Shown one piece after another: positions 1 to 13,213 of a DNA stretch of 62,089 nt. The notes under the pieces are model-generated. The model saw only the letters and a program-made list of their open reading frames with translations. It made no database searches and had not been told where the DNA came from. Source of the stretch: Klebsormidium nitens (taxonomy: Eukaryota; Plantae; Klebsormidiophyceae); contig DF237486.1 in NCBI GenBank assembly GCA_000708835.1, forward strand, positions 1-62,089, given 5' to 3'. Position 1 is the stretch's first letter. Every line of letters begins with the position of its first letter. The translations under genes were made by a program, and so were the position numbers.

Positions 1-392
1 AACTTTTTGATTTTAAGAGCTTCATCCCTTCTTCACTCGACGAACTAAGGGTCCCCCCGGGTCCCATGGAAAAAAAATTGTCAGAAGGTTGAAAAAACAT
101 GTCAATCGCGTTTTCGGTGCCTGCTCCAAAACGCCCAGAAACGCATGTTTTGAACACGTTCTTGCAGACACTAAGAGCTACTAGATTTTGCCGACTAAGA
201 CTTACGAAGTACCTTTTGATGTATCCTTTCTTATGCAAAAGACGGATCTCAAAAAGATGGAGCGAAGCATGAGATATGCATGAAGACGTCTTCACAGTTC
301 TGTCCCACGGGCATTAGGGTTTTGAAATCTGCGAATAAGGGAAGTTCGACCTTAACTCCATACGGTGTACTGTACCTAAATCACTTGAAAAG

Positions 393-1133
393 CAACCCGG
401 ACTCACGGCCCGTTTTGAGAAAACCTCTCAAAACACCAATTTGAAAGTTTGAGTAAAACTCTCAAAATACGGCGATCGATTTTGGACAAATCGTTCGTAT
501 CCGGTCGGGTCTTTTTGGAGAAAATGCTCAAAACTGCGTCGTACGATACGAACAAATTGTCCAAATTTGCGACCGGGTCCGGCCGGGTCTGCCGTCGCGA
601 CGTGCGGGTAGTTTTCGCGGAATCTCCACCGTCGATGCAGGTGGACCATCGCGACCCACAACATCGATCGCGAAGACCGCCAGGATCATAAAGGACGGTA
701 CCCTTATGGGTGGTTGATCGGGGCGGGAGGCGGCCGCAAGTTCCCGGGGACAACGGGCACTTCCCTCTAGAAGTTTAGGGGACCGTGGCACCCGAGAAGC
801 AACCGGGCCCTCCCAGTGACATTAGGGTCTCGCGGGCATCCCTAAGACAACCGGGCACTTCTTTGGGGCAACCGGGCCTTCCCGCTTTAGGGTTACACCA
901 CTGCGAGTGACAACCGAGCAAGTCCTTTTTGTTTTAGTGTGTGCCCGGGGCTTGCAGAAATTCGAACCTTTTCTTCGAAAGGCGCAGCTAGAATACGAGC
1001 GATTTGATCGAAACTCGACCGGCTGTTTTGAGCAATTTGTTCAAAAACCGGCCGGCACTTATGAGCATTTTGTCCAAAACGACAAGGCTGGTGTTTTGAG
1101 AGGTTTTCTCGAAACGGGCGTGAGACTGGGTTG
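393..1133. mobile_element. Non-autonomous TIR DNA transposon (MITE-like), 741 bp
   Basis: The left end 393-437 (caacccggactcacggcccgttttgagaaaacctctcaaaacacc) is the near-perfect reverse complement of the right end 1090-1133. TGAAAAG flanks both sides (386-392 and 1134-1140). Degenerate subterminal repeats (ttttggacaaaatgctc-like) lie in both arms, and caaccgggc repeats lie inside. No transposase ORF. Confidence 0.88.
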
Positions 1134-1546
1134 TGAAAAGACGTTTCTTGTTCGACTCGGAGCAGCTGGCTCCAGCAGCTGCAAATGCAGCTCAACCTGG
1201 TGAGAGGCGCAGCAGGGCGTGCTGCCATGAAACTGAGAAGATCAGCGAACAGAATCAGATTTTAGGTGCCCGATTGCCTCGAAGACAAGTCTGCCCTCAA
1301 ATTGGATAAGTTGCAGGATACCTGTCGCCCTGCCTCGATTGATGCCGTAAGGAGACCTTTGCAAAGTTTTGCTAGCTCATGAAAAGCATTTCACTAGCTA
1401 GCAATCATTAATTCGGGCATTCCCAATAGGATAGCGTTTCTGTAAAGTTTCTAGCCCACAACGAGCCCTGAAGGGGATGTCCTCTTTCTGCCTTGATAGG
1501 GGAACCCCCTGGCTCGTAAGTGAGCTTCGAAGCAGCGCCTGAGACC

Positions 1547-4500
1547 ATGTCGCGAGCAAGTATCATCTTTCTGCTCGCTGTGGTGGTGTGTTCTTTCGTG
1601 GCGACGTACAATGCAATCAACATGGCCCTCGGGCATATGAGGGCCACAATTGGCGCACACCAAGATGCAGACTGGGAGGCCAACAGGGAGGGAACATTTC
1701 ACGGGGCTTCTGAAACGTTGGGGAAGAAGCTACAAGGGACTTGGAAAACTTCCCGGAAAGAGGGGCAGGGGTCAGGCGCAGTCGATGCGGTGATTCCGCG
1801 GCCGAAGGACAAAGTGCAGAAAGGCGAGAAGCGGCTGTTCCATGTCGCAGTGACGACGAATGAGTCGCCTTACAATCGGTGGCAGTGCAGAATACATTAC
1901 TACTGGTGAGGAGTGATGGTGGTGTCATGAAAAGTGCCTGCTTCGGGTGTCATGAAAAGTGCCTGCTTCAGGCATCAGTTGGTTGCAATGAACCCTCTCA
2001 ACAATCAGGACGTGGATGTCAGAGGAAGGGGGAGAAATGGGGAATCTTATAGTAGCCAGAGAGTTGGAGAGCCTAGGACGGCATGTTCTGATCTGGTAGT
2101 CACCTTAAAATCTTGAGCTGTCAAGCTCAGGCCGTCATGTCAGCAACTATGTCTTGAAGGACTGTGACCAGTCTGACCAGTCGTAGTCTCACCTACTAGC
2201 AGAAGGTTCTATCAGTGCTGACTTCCCTGAAAGCCCAAAAGTTACCACATGATGCAGCTCTGACGGGCTCTTAGTGCTGCTAGCCAGCAAAGCAGCTCCC
2301 AACACTGCCAGTTTGCTGCCCTCCAATATGATGTGTTGCCTAGCTGACCGGTGACGTGTACGCTCGTGCAGGTACAAGCAGATGAAGGACAGGGAAGGAA
2401 GTGAGATGGGTGGCTTCACGCGCATCTTGCACTCGGGCAAGCCGGACCATATGATGGACGAAATCCCCACGTTTGTGGTGGACCCACTGCCAGAGGGGAT
2501 GGACAAGGTCAGGGGCCTTTCCCTCAATTGACGGGTCCTGGCAAACGTCTGTGACCTCACTTTGACACCTTACAATGGGCGCCCTCTGCTGAAAGCTGTA
2601 CGTATTGTCAGTCAGGCGTCTGGGTCATACATCACTTACATGGGTAAAGTAGAGAAATGGCTTTTGACTGGAAGGACTTGAGTCATTTCCCTTTTCGTCC
2701 GGCAGGTAAAGAAGCCTCTGCTTAATTCTCGTATGGGCTCAGGAGCCAGGGTGACTGGTCAATGAGATTGACTGATCTTTCTTGCGCCAGCTCTGGGCAT
2801 TTTCTTACTAACTAACGTGGGATTCTCATTTGAGATATTTGATTGTGTCGAACACTGACCATGTCCTTGACGCTCCTGCAGGGATACGTAGTCCTCAACC
2901 GTCCCTGGGCGTTCCAGCAGTGGTTGGAGCAGGCGGAAATTGAAGAAGAGTGAGCCCTCCTCAGATGCTCATCCTTGTGCTTCTGTGAGTTTGACAAAAG
3001 GAGACTAGAAACAAGTGACAGAGGCTGAGACTTCAGCCGAAGCATTTGGGTAGCTTCAAACTGACTTTGTTTCAAGAGCTCTGCCATGGGAAGTAGGTAT
3101 CCCTGGATTTTATAGTAATTGCTTCAACGGCAGGGGAGCATTGTACGAACGTAATGCTGTTACGTCAACATGCGCCCCACAAGTTTGATGTTTCACCGCT
3201 GGACTGTTGCAATCAGTCATCAGTCTCGGTTTAGATTGCTCAACATTGGTATGCAACGGCCAGATCCACTCGAAGTACACTCCTCACCTTAGAACTCAAC
3301 TTGATGGGCGCTCACACACTTGCCAGGTACATTCTGATGGCGGAGCCCGACCATGTCTTTGTGCGGCCCATGCCGAATCTGGCGGCCGACTTCATGCCGG
3401 CTGCCTATCCCTTCTTCTACATCGAGCCCAAGAAGTACGAAAGTGAGCCAAGCAAGCACACCTTCCCGCAGTGGTTTTTCGCAGCTGACTTTGATTGGAG
3501 CAGTTTCAAATTTGTAAGAATTCATTGTCGGTAGTCCCCTGTTTTGCTTTGTTGAGTTTTCGTCAGATGGACCCGATGAGATGCAAACCCCATATCGTCT
3601 TTCCCTCTAAAAGGCTGAACCCTTTTTCTCTTGCTCCTTCAGCGCTGCTGCGGCGGTACTACCCCAAAGACAAGGGCCCCATAACCAACATCGATCCAAT
3701 CGGTAATTCGCCAGTGATCATCAAGAAAGTGAGCACCTGTCCTTCAACCGTCGACCAGATCAGCCGCAGTGCGACAATCCAACAGTCTGCTTCGAAAACC
3801 ACGGCTCTTCAAACAATTGCACAAGGATTTTGACCTGGATATACAATCAAGCGAAGCGAACCAAGAACAATCAGCGAAGCGAACCTAGAACAATGACTGA
3901 TACAGCAGCACACCGTTTGCGCCTGGCCCCAGAAGTAATTGAGACAGATTTTGGACTGGTTTCCGCTGCATATAGTCCCTTCGTCACTCGATTTCAGAAG
4001 GTTGACTGTCTTCTTGTGCAGACTGACCTCCAACAAATAGCGCCCACATGGAAGAACGTCTCGATCGCTTTCAAGAACGACGAGGAGGTCGACAAGGCGT
4101 TTGGCTGGGTGCTCGAAATGTAAGGACGGAAGCCCACACGGATTCCTAGAAGATGCAAGATGCCCTGGTCGTGATGGTGTACTCTTGGCGACTAATTGCT
4201 CCTCTCATGTATGCATCCAACAAGTCTTTGCTTAGGCATTTGGTGTGTAAAAAGTGTGTCTCGCTTATGTATCCAACAAGGCTTTGCTTCGGCATTTGGC
4301 GTGCGGAAAGTGTTTCGAGCGCGGTACAGTGTTCAAGAAGTGTTTCGTTGGGCGTTCAAAGAGGATTCCAAGGAGGAGAGCATCATCCAAACGGGTTGCG
4401 TCGCAGGTATGCGTACGCTGTGGCCTCCGCGCTTCACGGCGTGTCCCACATACTGCGGCAAGACTTCATGGTGCAGGTAAGCACACGGAAGTGCCAACAA

Positions 4501-5434
4501 ACGGGCGACGCTTGTGCAGACGCGCTCAAAGTGTGACCGCACATCCCGACGAACTTGGAAAGGGACACATAGTTTGTTCTGATGCCTGTTCACAAGGCTA
4601 TGGCCCGATTTACAGCGACATGTTCTGACGGTTTCGTTGTCGGAAGGAAAGTCTTGAAGAAAGGGAGAATCTGAAGAGCGCAGCCTGGACCGTCCAGTCA
4701 GCTTAACGGGTCGTTCGTGATTGCGCAGCCTCCTTTCAGCACGGAGCTGGACGGAGCGTACATCATCCACTATACATATGGCTGCGACTACAACATGAAG
4801 GTAAACGACTTTATGCGAATCCTTTTGTGGGAACTGTTACGCTTTTCACTCGCCTTCGCAGAAGGTGACGAGATGTGATCGTCGATCTGAGCACGAGTAT
4901 TGCTTTGCAGCTTTTCGTGATTCTGTGCTTTTGATGACTTCCCTGCAAATGAGTATTGCAGCCCGCTGACTCAGGACTGTCAATGTCGCTTTGCAGGGGG
5001 AGCTTACGTACGGCAAGATAGGGGAGTGGAGGTTTGACAAGCGGTCATTCTCGGGGGGCGCCATCCCACGGAACATGCCGATGCCACCCAAGGGGGTCCC
5101 AGAGACCGTGGTAAGTCTTGGGCCTGCTCTTGTACCATTCTGGTCTGCAACGTCCGTGCCTTCGGCTTGTTTGATTCTCGCACCAGGTAAAGAGCAACAC
5201 TCGTCAGAATTCTGCACGTTAGAGGTTGAAGCAGTTGGAGGCCTGTGACGTAGGTTCCTTGTAGACAGTTTCCTGCGACTCGAAGCATTGCGGAACCTCG
5301 TGGCAACCAGGCGGCAGACAGCGTGAGCGATGCTAATCCTGCCTCTGTTTGCTTCTTCGCAGGTTCGGTTAGTGGAGATGGTCAACGAAGCTACGGCTAA
5401 CATTCCAGGCTGGGAAGAAGGACAGCAGCGGTAG
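1547..5434 (+). CDS. HPAT: Hydroxyproline O-arabinosyltransferase (GT95, HPAT/RDN1 family), ~10 exons
   Basis: Has an N-terminal signal anchor. Spliced exons (~1547-1907, 2373-2508, 2882-2950, 3328-3441, 3643-3728, 4022-4119, 4409-4476, 4737-4800, 4996-5110, 5363-5434) give the HPAT motifs FHVAVTTNESPYNRWQCRIHYYW, GGFTRILHSG, YVVLNRPWAF, YILMAEPDHVF, IGNSPVII, FGWVLEMY, IIHYTYGCDY and WRFDKRSF. Confidence 0.95.
1922..1970. repeat. Intronic tandem duplication, ~25 bp x2
   Basis: ggtgtcatgaaaagtgcctgcttc occurs twice in tandem in HPAT intron 1. Confidence 0.8.
4205..4320. repeat. Intronic degenerate tandem duplication, ~57 bp x2
   Basis: Two similar units of the form tatg(c/t)atccaacaag-ctttgctt-ggcatttgg-gtg--aaagtgt. 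Confidence 0.7.
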
Positions 5435-6973
5435 ATTGCCCTGCCTCTTTTGGAAACCCGCTTCGAAATGCCTTTTCGTTGAACATCTGCCTTTGGAAGC
5501 AATTGCGCTGGATATGGTGCCATGGATGTGTGTCCGGCGTTGCATCGTGCTTAGCTGGTTGTACCTGTGCTTCTGAGCGTCTGACAGGCCGGCTAGCTAG
5601 CCGCAGCATAGCTCTGCATGACTTCATGCAGGCCCTGCGCAAACCCTTTCAGCAAATCCTTCGCAAAGTGCTAGCGCTGCATGTTGAACTCCACAACGCT
5701 GATATAGTGATCGCCAAAGTTAAGTACATGATGTCCATGTGCACTTGCCACGTCACACAAGCACAAATTCTTGCAAAACAAGTGAGCGATACGTAGTGAC
5801 CGTCGCTCGCAGATTAAGTCCACATATCGTTGGGTCACATTCTACGCGGGTACTGCTTTGACCGGCGCAGCAAATCTTATGCCAGCACATGGAAATGCTG
5901 TAAACTTCGGAAATTCATTGATCGTCTTCCGTAGTTACTCATGAGCAACTCACTGCCGGCGATCGGACGGTGGCTCACATGACCCCTTCCCGGCGTCGGA
6001 CCGTCTAGCTGCGCATAAGATCACGCCCCAGCCTGAAGTTTCCGCACCATAATCTCTCAATTTCACTTAAGGCCATGCGAATCGGCTGCGTGCGCGCCGC
6101 GCTGATTTATGGTCTGCCGTCAGGCATCCCGCGCAAAAACTGTGAAGTCCCATGATGGATCGAGTCGACACTTCTATAATGTACTGACGAGGAAGAACTC
6201 AGGCAACTCTCGTGGGACTTAAAGAGAGATGTGACTTCAAATAGGCGCCCGGCGGAGACAGCGCGCGGGTTCGTATCTTATGGGGCTTAGTGTGGGTCTG
6301 AGTGCGGAGCGCAGGAATATGTTGGTAATTAGGGGTTTTGGTTTATAAGCACGGGCCCGGGTGACTCGGATGCTGAGCCGTTTGACGGCCACGAAACAAT
6401 CAAGCCGTCGGTCGCATTATGTGGAAATGTAATGTCGTCCGTTTGCAATGCACCCGTCATCACTAATACAGCCTCACTCATATTCCGGAATATTGGATCC
6501 CCAACAGCAACATTCTATTCAGAAGTAAGGTGCCTGATTCTGAGTTCTATGTTTTCTTGCGCTCTGAAAATTACAGCATTGAAATCGATTGGAAATTCGA
6601 CAGAGAGTCTTTAGGTATCTCGAGGTCGTACCGTTTGAATCCCTTGATGGATGAATACACGGGTTATATCTCTATATCGGGTATAATAGCCGCTCAGAAT
6701 GCTGACGAGCAGATCAACATTGGCAATCAGGATCAGTGCAACTACTTACTGGTGGCAAGTGCCGTCAGCGCAGAAGTCGACCCAGATCTCATGAATAGGC
6801 AATATCTTTCACGCAAGCGGTTCGGCGAAGAAAGTTCTATTCTCAATGTTCGTGTCAGGGCAGGACCATAAATTCTGCAGCTTTTTCCGCACGTCAAATT
6901 CGATAACTCTACTTATGACCTCGCCTATCAGCAAAGTGCCAAAGTCGTATCTAACAAGTCTCATTCTTCCCAT

Positions 6974-9779
6974 CTAGTCCAACTCTAAGAAAGCCTTACG
7001 CCGCCTGTTTCTCCGCGAAACAATGAACCGGACCGCCCCGAACAGCTGTCGCACAATGGTCCATAACAGACACACCCCGATGTATGCCCAGAAGCTCCTG
7101 AACGCGGCAATAACCAGAGAAAAGGGAAACATGCCTATTCCCAGCAGGCCAAAGGCGATCCCCAGCCAGGACGGCTTCCCCTGAAGTGTCGCTCGGACGG
7201 ACGGCCACAACGTCCGCACGGCCGTCGCCCCGGCAATCCCATAGGGCCACAGTTTGATGCCGAGCAGCTTGAACTTCCCAAGAGCTTTGCCAGCGCCAGG
7301 ACGAAGACAGCGATACCGCAGACGTTGAGGACGCGCGTTAAGACATTGAGCAGGTTTTCGAACCACAGGTCGTTGTCGACCTCCTGCTGAACGTACGAAA
7401 GAAACNNNNNNNNNNNNNNNNNNNNNNNNNNNNNNNNNNNNNNNNNNNNNNNNNNNNNNNNNNNNNNNNNNNNNNNNNNNNNNNNNNNNNNNNNNNNNNN
7501 NNNNNNNNNNNNNNNNNNNNNNNNNNNNNNNNNNNNNNNNNNNNNNNNNNNNNNNNNNNNNNNNNNNNNNNNNNNNNNNNNNNNNNNNNNNNNNNNNNNN
7601 NNNNNNNNNNNNNNNNNNNNNNNNNNNNNNNNNNNNNNNNNNNNNNNNNNNNNNNNNNNNNNNNNNNNNNNNNNNNNNNNNNNNNNNNNNNNNNNNNNNN
7701 NNNNNNNNNNNNNNNNNNNNNNNNNNNNNNNNNNNNNNNNNNNNNNNNNNNNNNNNNNNNNNNNNNNNNNNNNNNNNNNNNNNNNNNNNNNNNNNNNNNN
7801 NNNNNNNNNNNNNNNNNNNNNNNNNNNNNNNNNNNNNNNNNNNNNNNNNNNNNNNNNNNNNNNNNNNNNNNNNNNNNNNNNNNNNNNNNNNNNNNNNNNN
7901 NNNNNNNNNNNNNNNNNNNNNNNNNNNNNNNNNNNNNNNNNNNNNNNNNNNNNNNNNNNNNNNNNNNNNNNNNNNNNNNNNNNNNNNNNNNNNNNNNNNN
8001 NNNNNNNNNNNNNNNNNNNNNNNNNNNNNNNNGCTGAACGTACGAAAGAAACGGCTGGGCAAGTCCCTCTTCACGGTCATCGACGGTCTCCTTTGCAGCC
8101 TTCGCCTGGAGTCGAGACGGCCTCTGGTGCGGCACAATCTTCAACCGGGCACCCTGTGCCGAAGCGCACAGCTCTGTCAGCTTCGAGCACAGACTCTGCG
8201 CCGCCCGTGCATTCCCAGCAAACCATTCCCTCCTAAGGTGGATCACAAGCTCGGCGGAGTTCTCGCTTCTGGCTAGAAAGCGGGCGGCAGCGGCAACACT
8301 CTCAGGAAAGAAGGGGCAGTCGAGCTCCAGGCTTCGTAGGTACCTGCTCTGCTGCAGCGCCGTTGAATCCAGAATGCTTCCAGCATCAGGGTTGCTCAGA
8401 AGTGGACGCGAGCCAAAATCCCTCTGTTGAAAGGACAGGGAGCCCACACCGCATTCCCCCAGCAGCTCGCACAACTCGGACAGCTCTGACGGAGACATCT
8501 GGCAGTTGCGGAAAGCAAGGCGAAGCTTGGCTGGCGATTCCTGGAGATACTCTCGCATGTCGTCAGAGAGCCGGCCACTGGATGTTATGCGCATTCTTTC
8601 GAAGACAACGGTTGAGGCCGCCATCTAGGGTCTGACACTGCCCTTGCGCAGCCACTCAGGCCGGCCACTTGTCATTGCAATTTCGCTTGCGTGCTGAAGA
8701 AGCGTCAGGATCTCCTCGTCGAACCAGCGGCAAGGTGCTTCTGAGCCCTCGTATTCGAAGAAGCGAGACTCCCTTGTGTAATCAAGAAGAGATTGCTCCG
8801 GGTCATACACGAAGTCATGTCCTTGCTCGAGCAGGCTCTTCGGATTGAAGCCCTTCAAGAATCTGCCTTTCCACCCTGGATACAAGCCATTTATCAGCAG
8901 GTTTGCTTGGATCGTGCAACTCACGGCCAAGATTCTTAGGAGACTGACCACGTGATGTAGAGGGAAAGGAGGGTCACTGTCGCCGTCCATTTTGAGGTCC
9001 ACTTTGAATCCTGCTGCTGAGAGTCCAAGGACGCATGCTGCCACAAACTCTGGGGACAACTTTGCGGTCCCACAAAAGTCAAGGGTAACAGCAGCCTTTC
9101 CAGTATCTTTTTGATAAGCAATGCCTTTCTTGCGGAGGTTTGCAAGCAGCCCCTTGAATGAGCCAACAGGATCTCTCAGCAAGTGCAGCAGAGGTTGAAT
9201 AAACGACTGCATTGAGGATAAAAACCGCGGGATGCGCTTGACTTGCTCGCTGAACCAGGCTATGCAGGTTTCTACGAGGTATCTGATTGGACCCCAAGAG
9301 TCAGGGAAGACTTTGTGGCACCGCAAACACGCGTAAGTGGCCAGGGAAAGCATGTCACCTCCCATGGAAGGGAGGTTATCCCATAGGAGGGCAAGGAGCA
9401 GGGGATTTGAAACCAAGTTAGGGTAGCCATGGGCCGTCTGACCAAGGACACCGTTCCACGAGCTGGGAGCTTGCTGCATGAAACTGAGGTTCATGGTGTG
9501 CAGAATCTTTGCCATGCTCCCTACTTGATATGAAAATTGCTGCGAACCAGAGTTGAGTCGTTCTAGAAGGCGTAGCAGCTGCTTTTCTGTGAGATGCAGG
9601 GCTTGCATGGCGCGCAGGTTCAAATCCTGCCACAGCTCCGGCTCTCTCAGCGCGTCTCGATGGCTCTTGTCCACCAGCTCCATTTGCAAGCGGTCCTGCA
9701 GACTGATGTCTTTCAAGACGATTCGAAGTACATCCCTGGGAAGCGCGGACAGCGCCCTAGCTGCCGCCATGCGCTCCAT
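6974..9779 (-). pseudogene. F-box/LRR-like/TM family, copy 1 (disrupted)
   Basis: F-box LPRDVLRIVLKDISLQDRLQMELVDKSHRDALREPELW; highly similar to copy 3 throughout. In-frame TAG at 8625-8627 (GSVRP*MAASTVVF vs GSVRPRIAAPTVVF). After collapsing the duplicated gap flanks, a frameshift near 7285 moves the TM tail into another frame. Confidence 0.8.
7406..8032. other. Assembly gap with duplicated flanks (20 bp)
   Basis: gctgaacgtacgaaagaaac at 7386-7405 and at 8033-8052. Confidence 0.9.
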
Positions 9780-10114
9780 CTTGCCCTCCCCGGGCTGTGA
9801 CGTAATTGCCATCTTTGTTCCTTCTTCTCGGATTGCTCGTGGCTACTCAGCTTCAGTGACAAATCGGTCCTGGTGTCGAGCATCTCAACTCCTTTTCCAA
9901 AGCGCTGAACACATATCTAGCACTCCGCTCTAGTTGTACTTGAGTCAGTCTGACGTCACCGAGGAAGTTTGGTGCATTCGCGGTCGCTAAGGCCGAAGAT
10001 GAAGTTTAAGCCTCGCCCTTGATAGGCTGAGGGGTTCGGCTGCGAGGACTCGAGCTGTATAGTAACACAGCTTTGGTTGAGGATAGGAGAGGCGCTTGCG
10101 CACAAGAGCGCACG

Positions 10115-12159
10115 ATGGAGGAACGGTCCGTGATGGCGTCCGCTGCAGCTATGCCGCTTGTTGCGCTGCCCAAGGATATTCTTCGCATCATCCTGAAGAA
10201 GATCAGCTTGAGGGACCGCTTGCGCTTGGAGCTGCTTGACAAGAGCCACCGAGACACCCTGAGAGACACGGAGCTGTGGCAGGAAATGGATCTTTGCGCC
10301 ATGCAAGCATTGAATCTGAAAGAGGACCAGTTGCTGAGCCTTCTAGGCAGGATTGTTCCTGGATTGGAGCAGGTTGCATCAGAGATAGAGAGCATCGCAG
10401 TGATTCTCCGCAGCCTGACATGTGAATTTGTGGAGCAAGTCCGCAGACCTGAGCTTGATTCTGCAGCCTTGATTTCGGTCAGAACCATTGCGAAGACCTG
10501 CATGGTATGGTTCGCTGAACAAGTCAGGCGCATCTGGCAACTTCCTTCTTCAAGTCAGTTGCTTTTCAAGGTCCTCCTGCAGACGCTTTTGGATCCAACT
10601 GCTTTCATCATAAGGGTGGATGCAAGAATGCGCAAGCATCGAAAGTCGTTCCGTCAGGGCTCGAGAAATACTACAATCAGCCTTGATGTTTCTGGGGCCC
10701 GATTTTTGCCTCCACACTCCATAGGTGCATGCATCATCTCCCTGTCAGCAGCAGGATTTGAGCTCAATCTGAAGATGGACGGCGAGAGTGATCCTCTTTT
10801 TCCGTTGTATCATCTGGTCGGTCTTCTGCGAATTCTGGCCTTGGTCAGCTCAGTACAAGTGAACATGGTGGTGGCTGGCTTGTATCCAGGGTGGAAGAAG
10901 CACTTTCTACAGGAATACAACTCTGAAAGCCTGTCGGATCAATAACAGACTCCAGAATTTGATCTCGCGCAAGCTAGGCACCAATACATGGCAGACTTTC
11001 ACTTCATCCGATTTAAAGGGTCGGAGGCATCTCCTCGTCAAGATCTCCAGGACAAGATTTTGGCGCTTCTTCAGCATAGGAATGTGATCGAGGCAGCAGC
11101 GGGCCGGTCGTATGGGTTGCGCAGCGGTAGTATCAGACCCAGGGTGGTGGCTTCAGCCGTGGTCTTCCAGAACGTTGCGCTACCCCAGACCGAGACGCAC
11201 GAAGACCTTCGAGACTTTCTTCACGAGTGTCCGTCCAAGCTCCGCTTTGTTTTCCGTGACTGTCTGCTTGGTTCCTCGGACGTCCGCAATCTCTGCGAGC
11301 TTCTGGGAAACAGTGGTGCAAGATCGGTCTCCTTCGAGCAAGCAGGGTTGCCATATTATGCTCTTCATAACAGCTCTACAATTCCGGCTGACGTATTGGC
11401 CTCAGCAGCGTTACAGAAGAGCACGGACCTTCGAAGCCTAGAACTCGACTGCCCGTTCCTGCTGGACGATCTAGACGCGGCCGCCAGCTTTCTCGCCGAA
11501 AGCGAGAACTCCTCCGAGCTCGTGCTCAGGAAAGTTGTCTTTGTGGGGGTTGACGACGGAGCGCTGTCCGCAAAGCTTCGGGAACTGTGCGCTTCGGAAC
11601 GGGGTTCCCGGGTGAAAATCGTGCAGCACCGGACGCCCACCCAGCTTCCCTTGAGGAGCACAGGGGAGACATTCGCGAGCGGAGACAATCTGAGAGACGC
11701 TTCCATGTCGGTTTTCCAGCTGCGATTCAGCACCGTCGAGTTGGACGAGAATACGCTGAGGGTGGTGGACGTAGTCGTGGAGGGTTACGCGGTGGTCATT
11801 GCCCTCCTCTTTCTGGCCCATTATTTAGGCTTCGAGATCTTCACCTCCCTGCTCCAGGCCACGTACTGTGGTCTCAGTGTCGGTGCGGTCCGTGCCCTCT
11901 GGCCTGCGATCCGGATTCTCTTGGAGAAAGTTTCCCCGAGATGGATGCGACGGTTCGCGTGGCCCAGTATTGCCATGTCCTTGTATACATGTGCTGTGGC
12001 CATCGGCTTCGTCTCTTTCTCCCCGCTCTTGAACGCACTCAAGGGATGTACATGGGCCTCTGTCTTTTGTGGACCGGCGCGCGGCAGCTTTTCAGGGCAG
12101 TAGTAAGCTTGTTTTCGTGCAAGGACAAGGGGCTTGAGAAACTTTTGAAGTTAGATTGA
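10115..12159 (+). pseudogene. F-box/LRR-like/TM family, copy 2 (disrupted)
   Basis: F-box LPKDILRIILKKISLRDRLRLELLDKSHRDTLRDTELW. In-frame TAA at 10943-10945, with homology continuing in the same frame. A frameshift near 12045 puts the homologous end (MYMGLCLLWTGARQLFRAVV...KLD) in another frame. Confidence 0.8.
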
Positions 12160-13213
12160 TTGATGGACATTGTACTTGAATAACGAAGTTTTTGCGAGTG
12201 CTTGTCAATAGGAGTTTTGCAGACGGAGAGGCTACGAGGAGGAAGTCACTTTAGCGCTTTGATCAAGATAATGCAGAGATGCGAGATAAAGGAGCTTGCC
12301 AGTGGTCTTCTCATTCGATGACAGAATTTTGACCGATCATTCATTTCATCCGATTAGATGTCATGATACCCTGCAAGATGCTCTGTACGCTTAAGATCCT
12401 TGATCCGTCCATGACATGTACCTGAAATTTTGACATTGGAAGCTACAAGATACTTCAGCTGATTCTTCTGATTAGACATTGCATGGGGCACGAATGGATG
12501 CCGGTGATGCGCTCGACACCAGGAAACTGATCTACATCACTGCCACATCGTCACGCCCTTAACAAGCCTGTCCCTAAGGTACGTCGTGCTCGTAGCGGAA
12601 CACTTCGATTCTACTAGATTGCAGACGGCTTCGATTCTCATCTTGCCGCAGAAAGTGGACATGCAGCGGATGATCTCGATGTTATTAAGGTCACGAATGC
12701 TGTAAGGCGGGCCTCTAGGACCACTTCACTGTGCAGTTCTGCAGCCCAAGGTGAATAAAAGAGTATTTTCGTGCCTCGATTCAGGGCCTGATCATGAATC
12801 TTCATGGACGCTGTCTTGCACTCTGTTGAAGATGTTGAAAACCCCGGCCAGCTTACGATTGTTGATGCTTACGTGTGCTTACGCGCATAGTTTCCGACTT
12901 TCAGACAAGTAGCAAGTGTCAACGCGCCGAAGTCAGGCCACGGCCTCGAGTAGGTGCTTCGTGGCTTGGACACTACCATGGCCATGGAGTCAACTAGTGA
13001 GTCAACAGCAGTCCGCAGACGAAGCGGGAAAAAAGCTCGAAGATTCGGTGACGTCAGGCTGACCCAGCAGCTTCACATGTACAACTAGAGAAGGCTGGTA
13101 ACCCGTCAGCGCGTTGGAAACAGTGGTGATTCCGTTGAACCCGACTTGAGTAGCCTCGTTGAGTTAAGAAGAAAGAAGAAGGTGGCCAACATCTCACAGG
13201 AGCGCAAGCTAAG

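Noticed and set aside
449-1228. ORFs inside the transposon as a transposase
   Set aside because: They are short, derive from the subterminal repeats, and have no DDE motifs.
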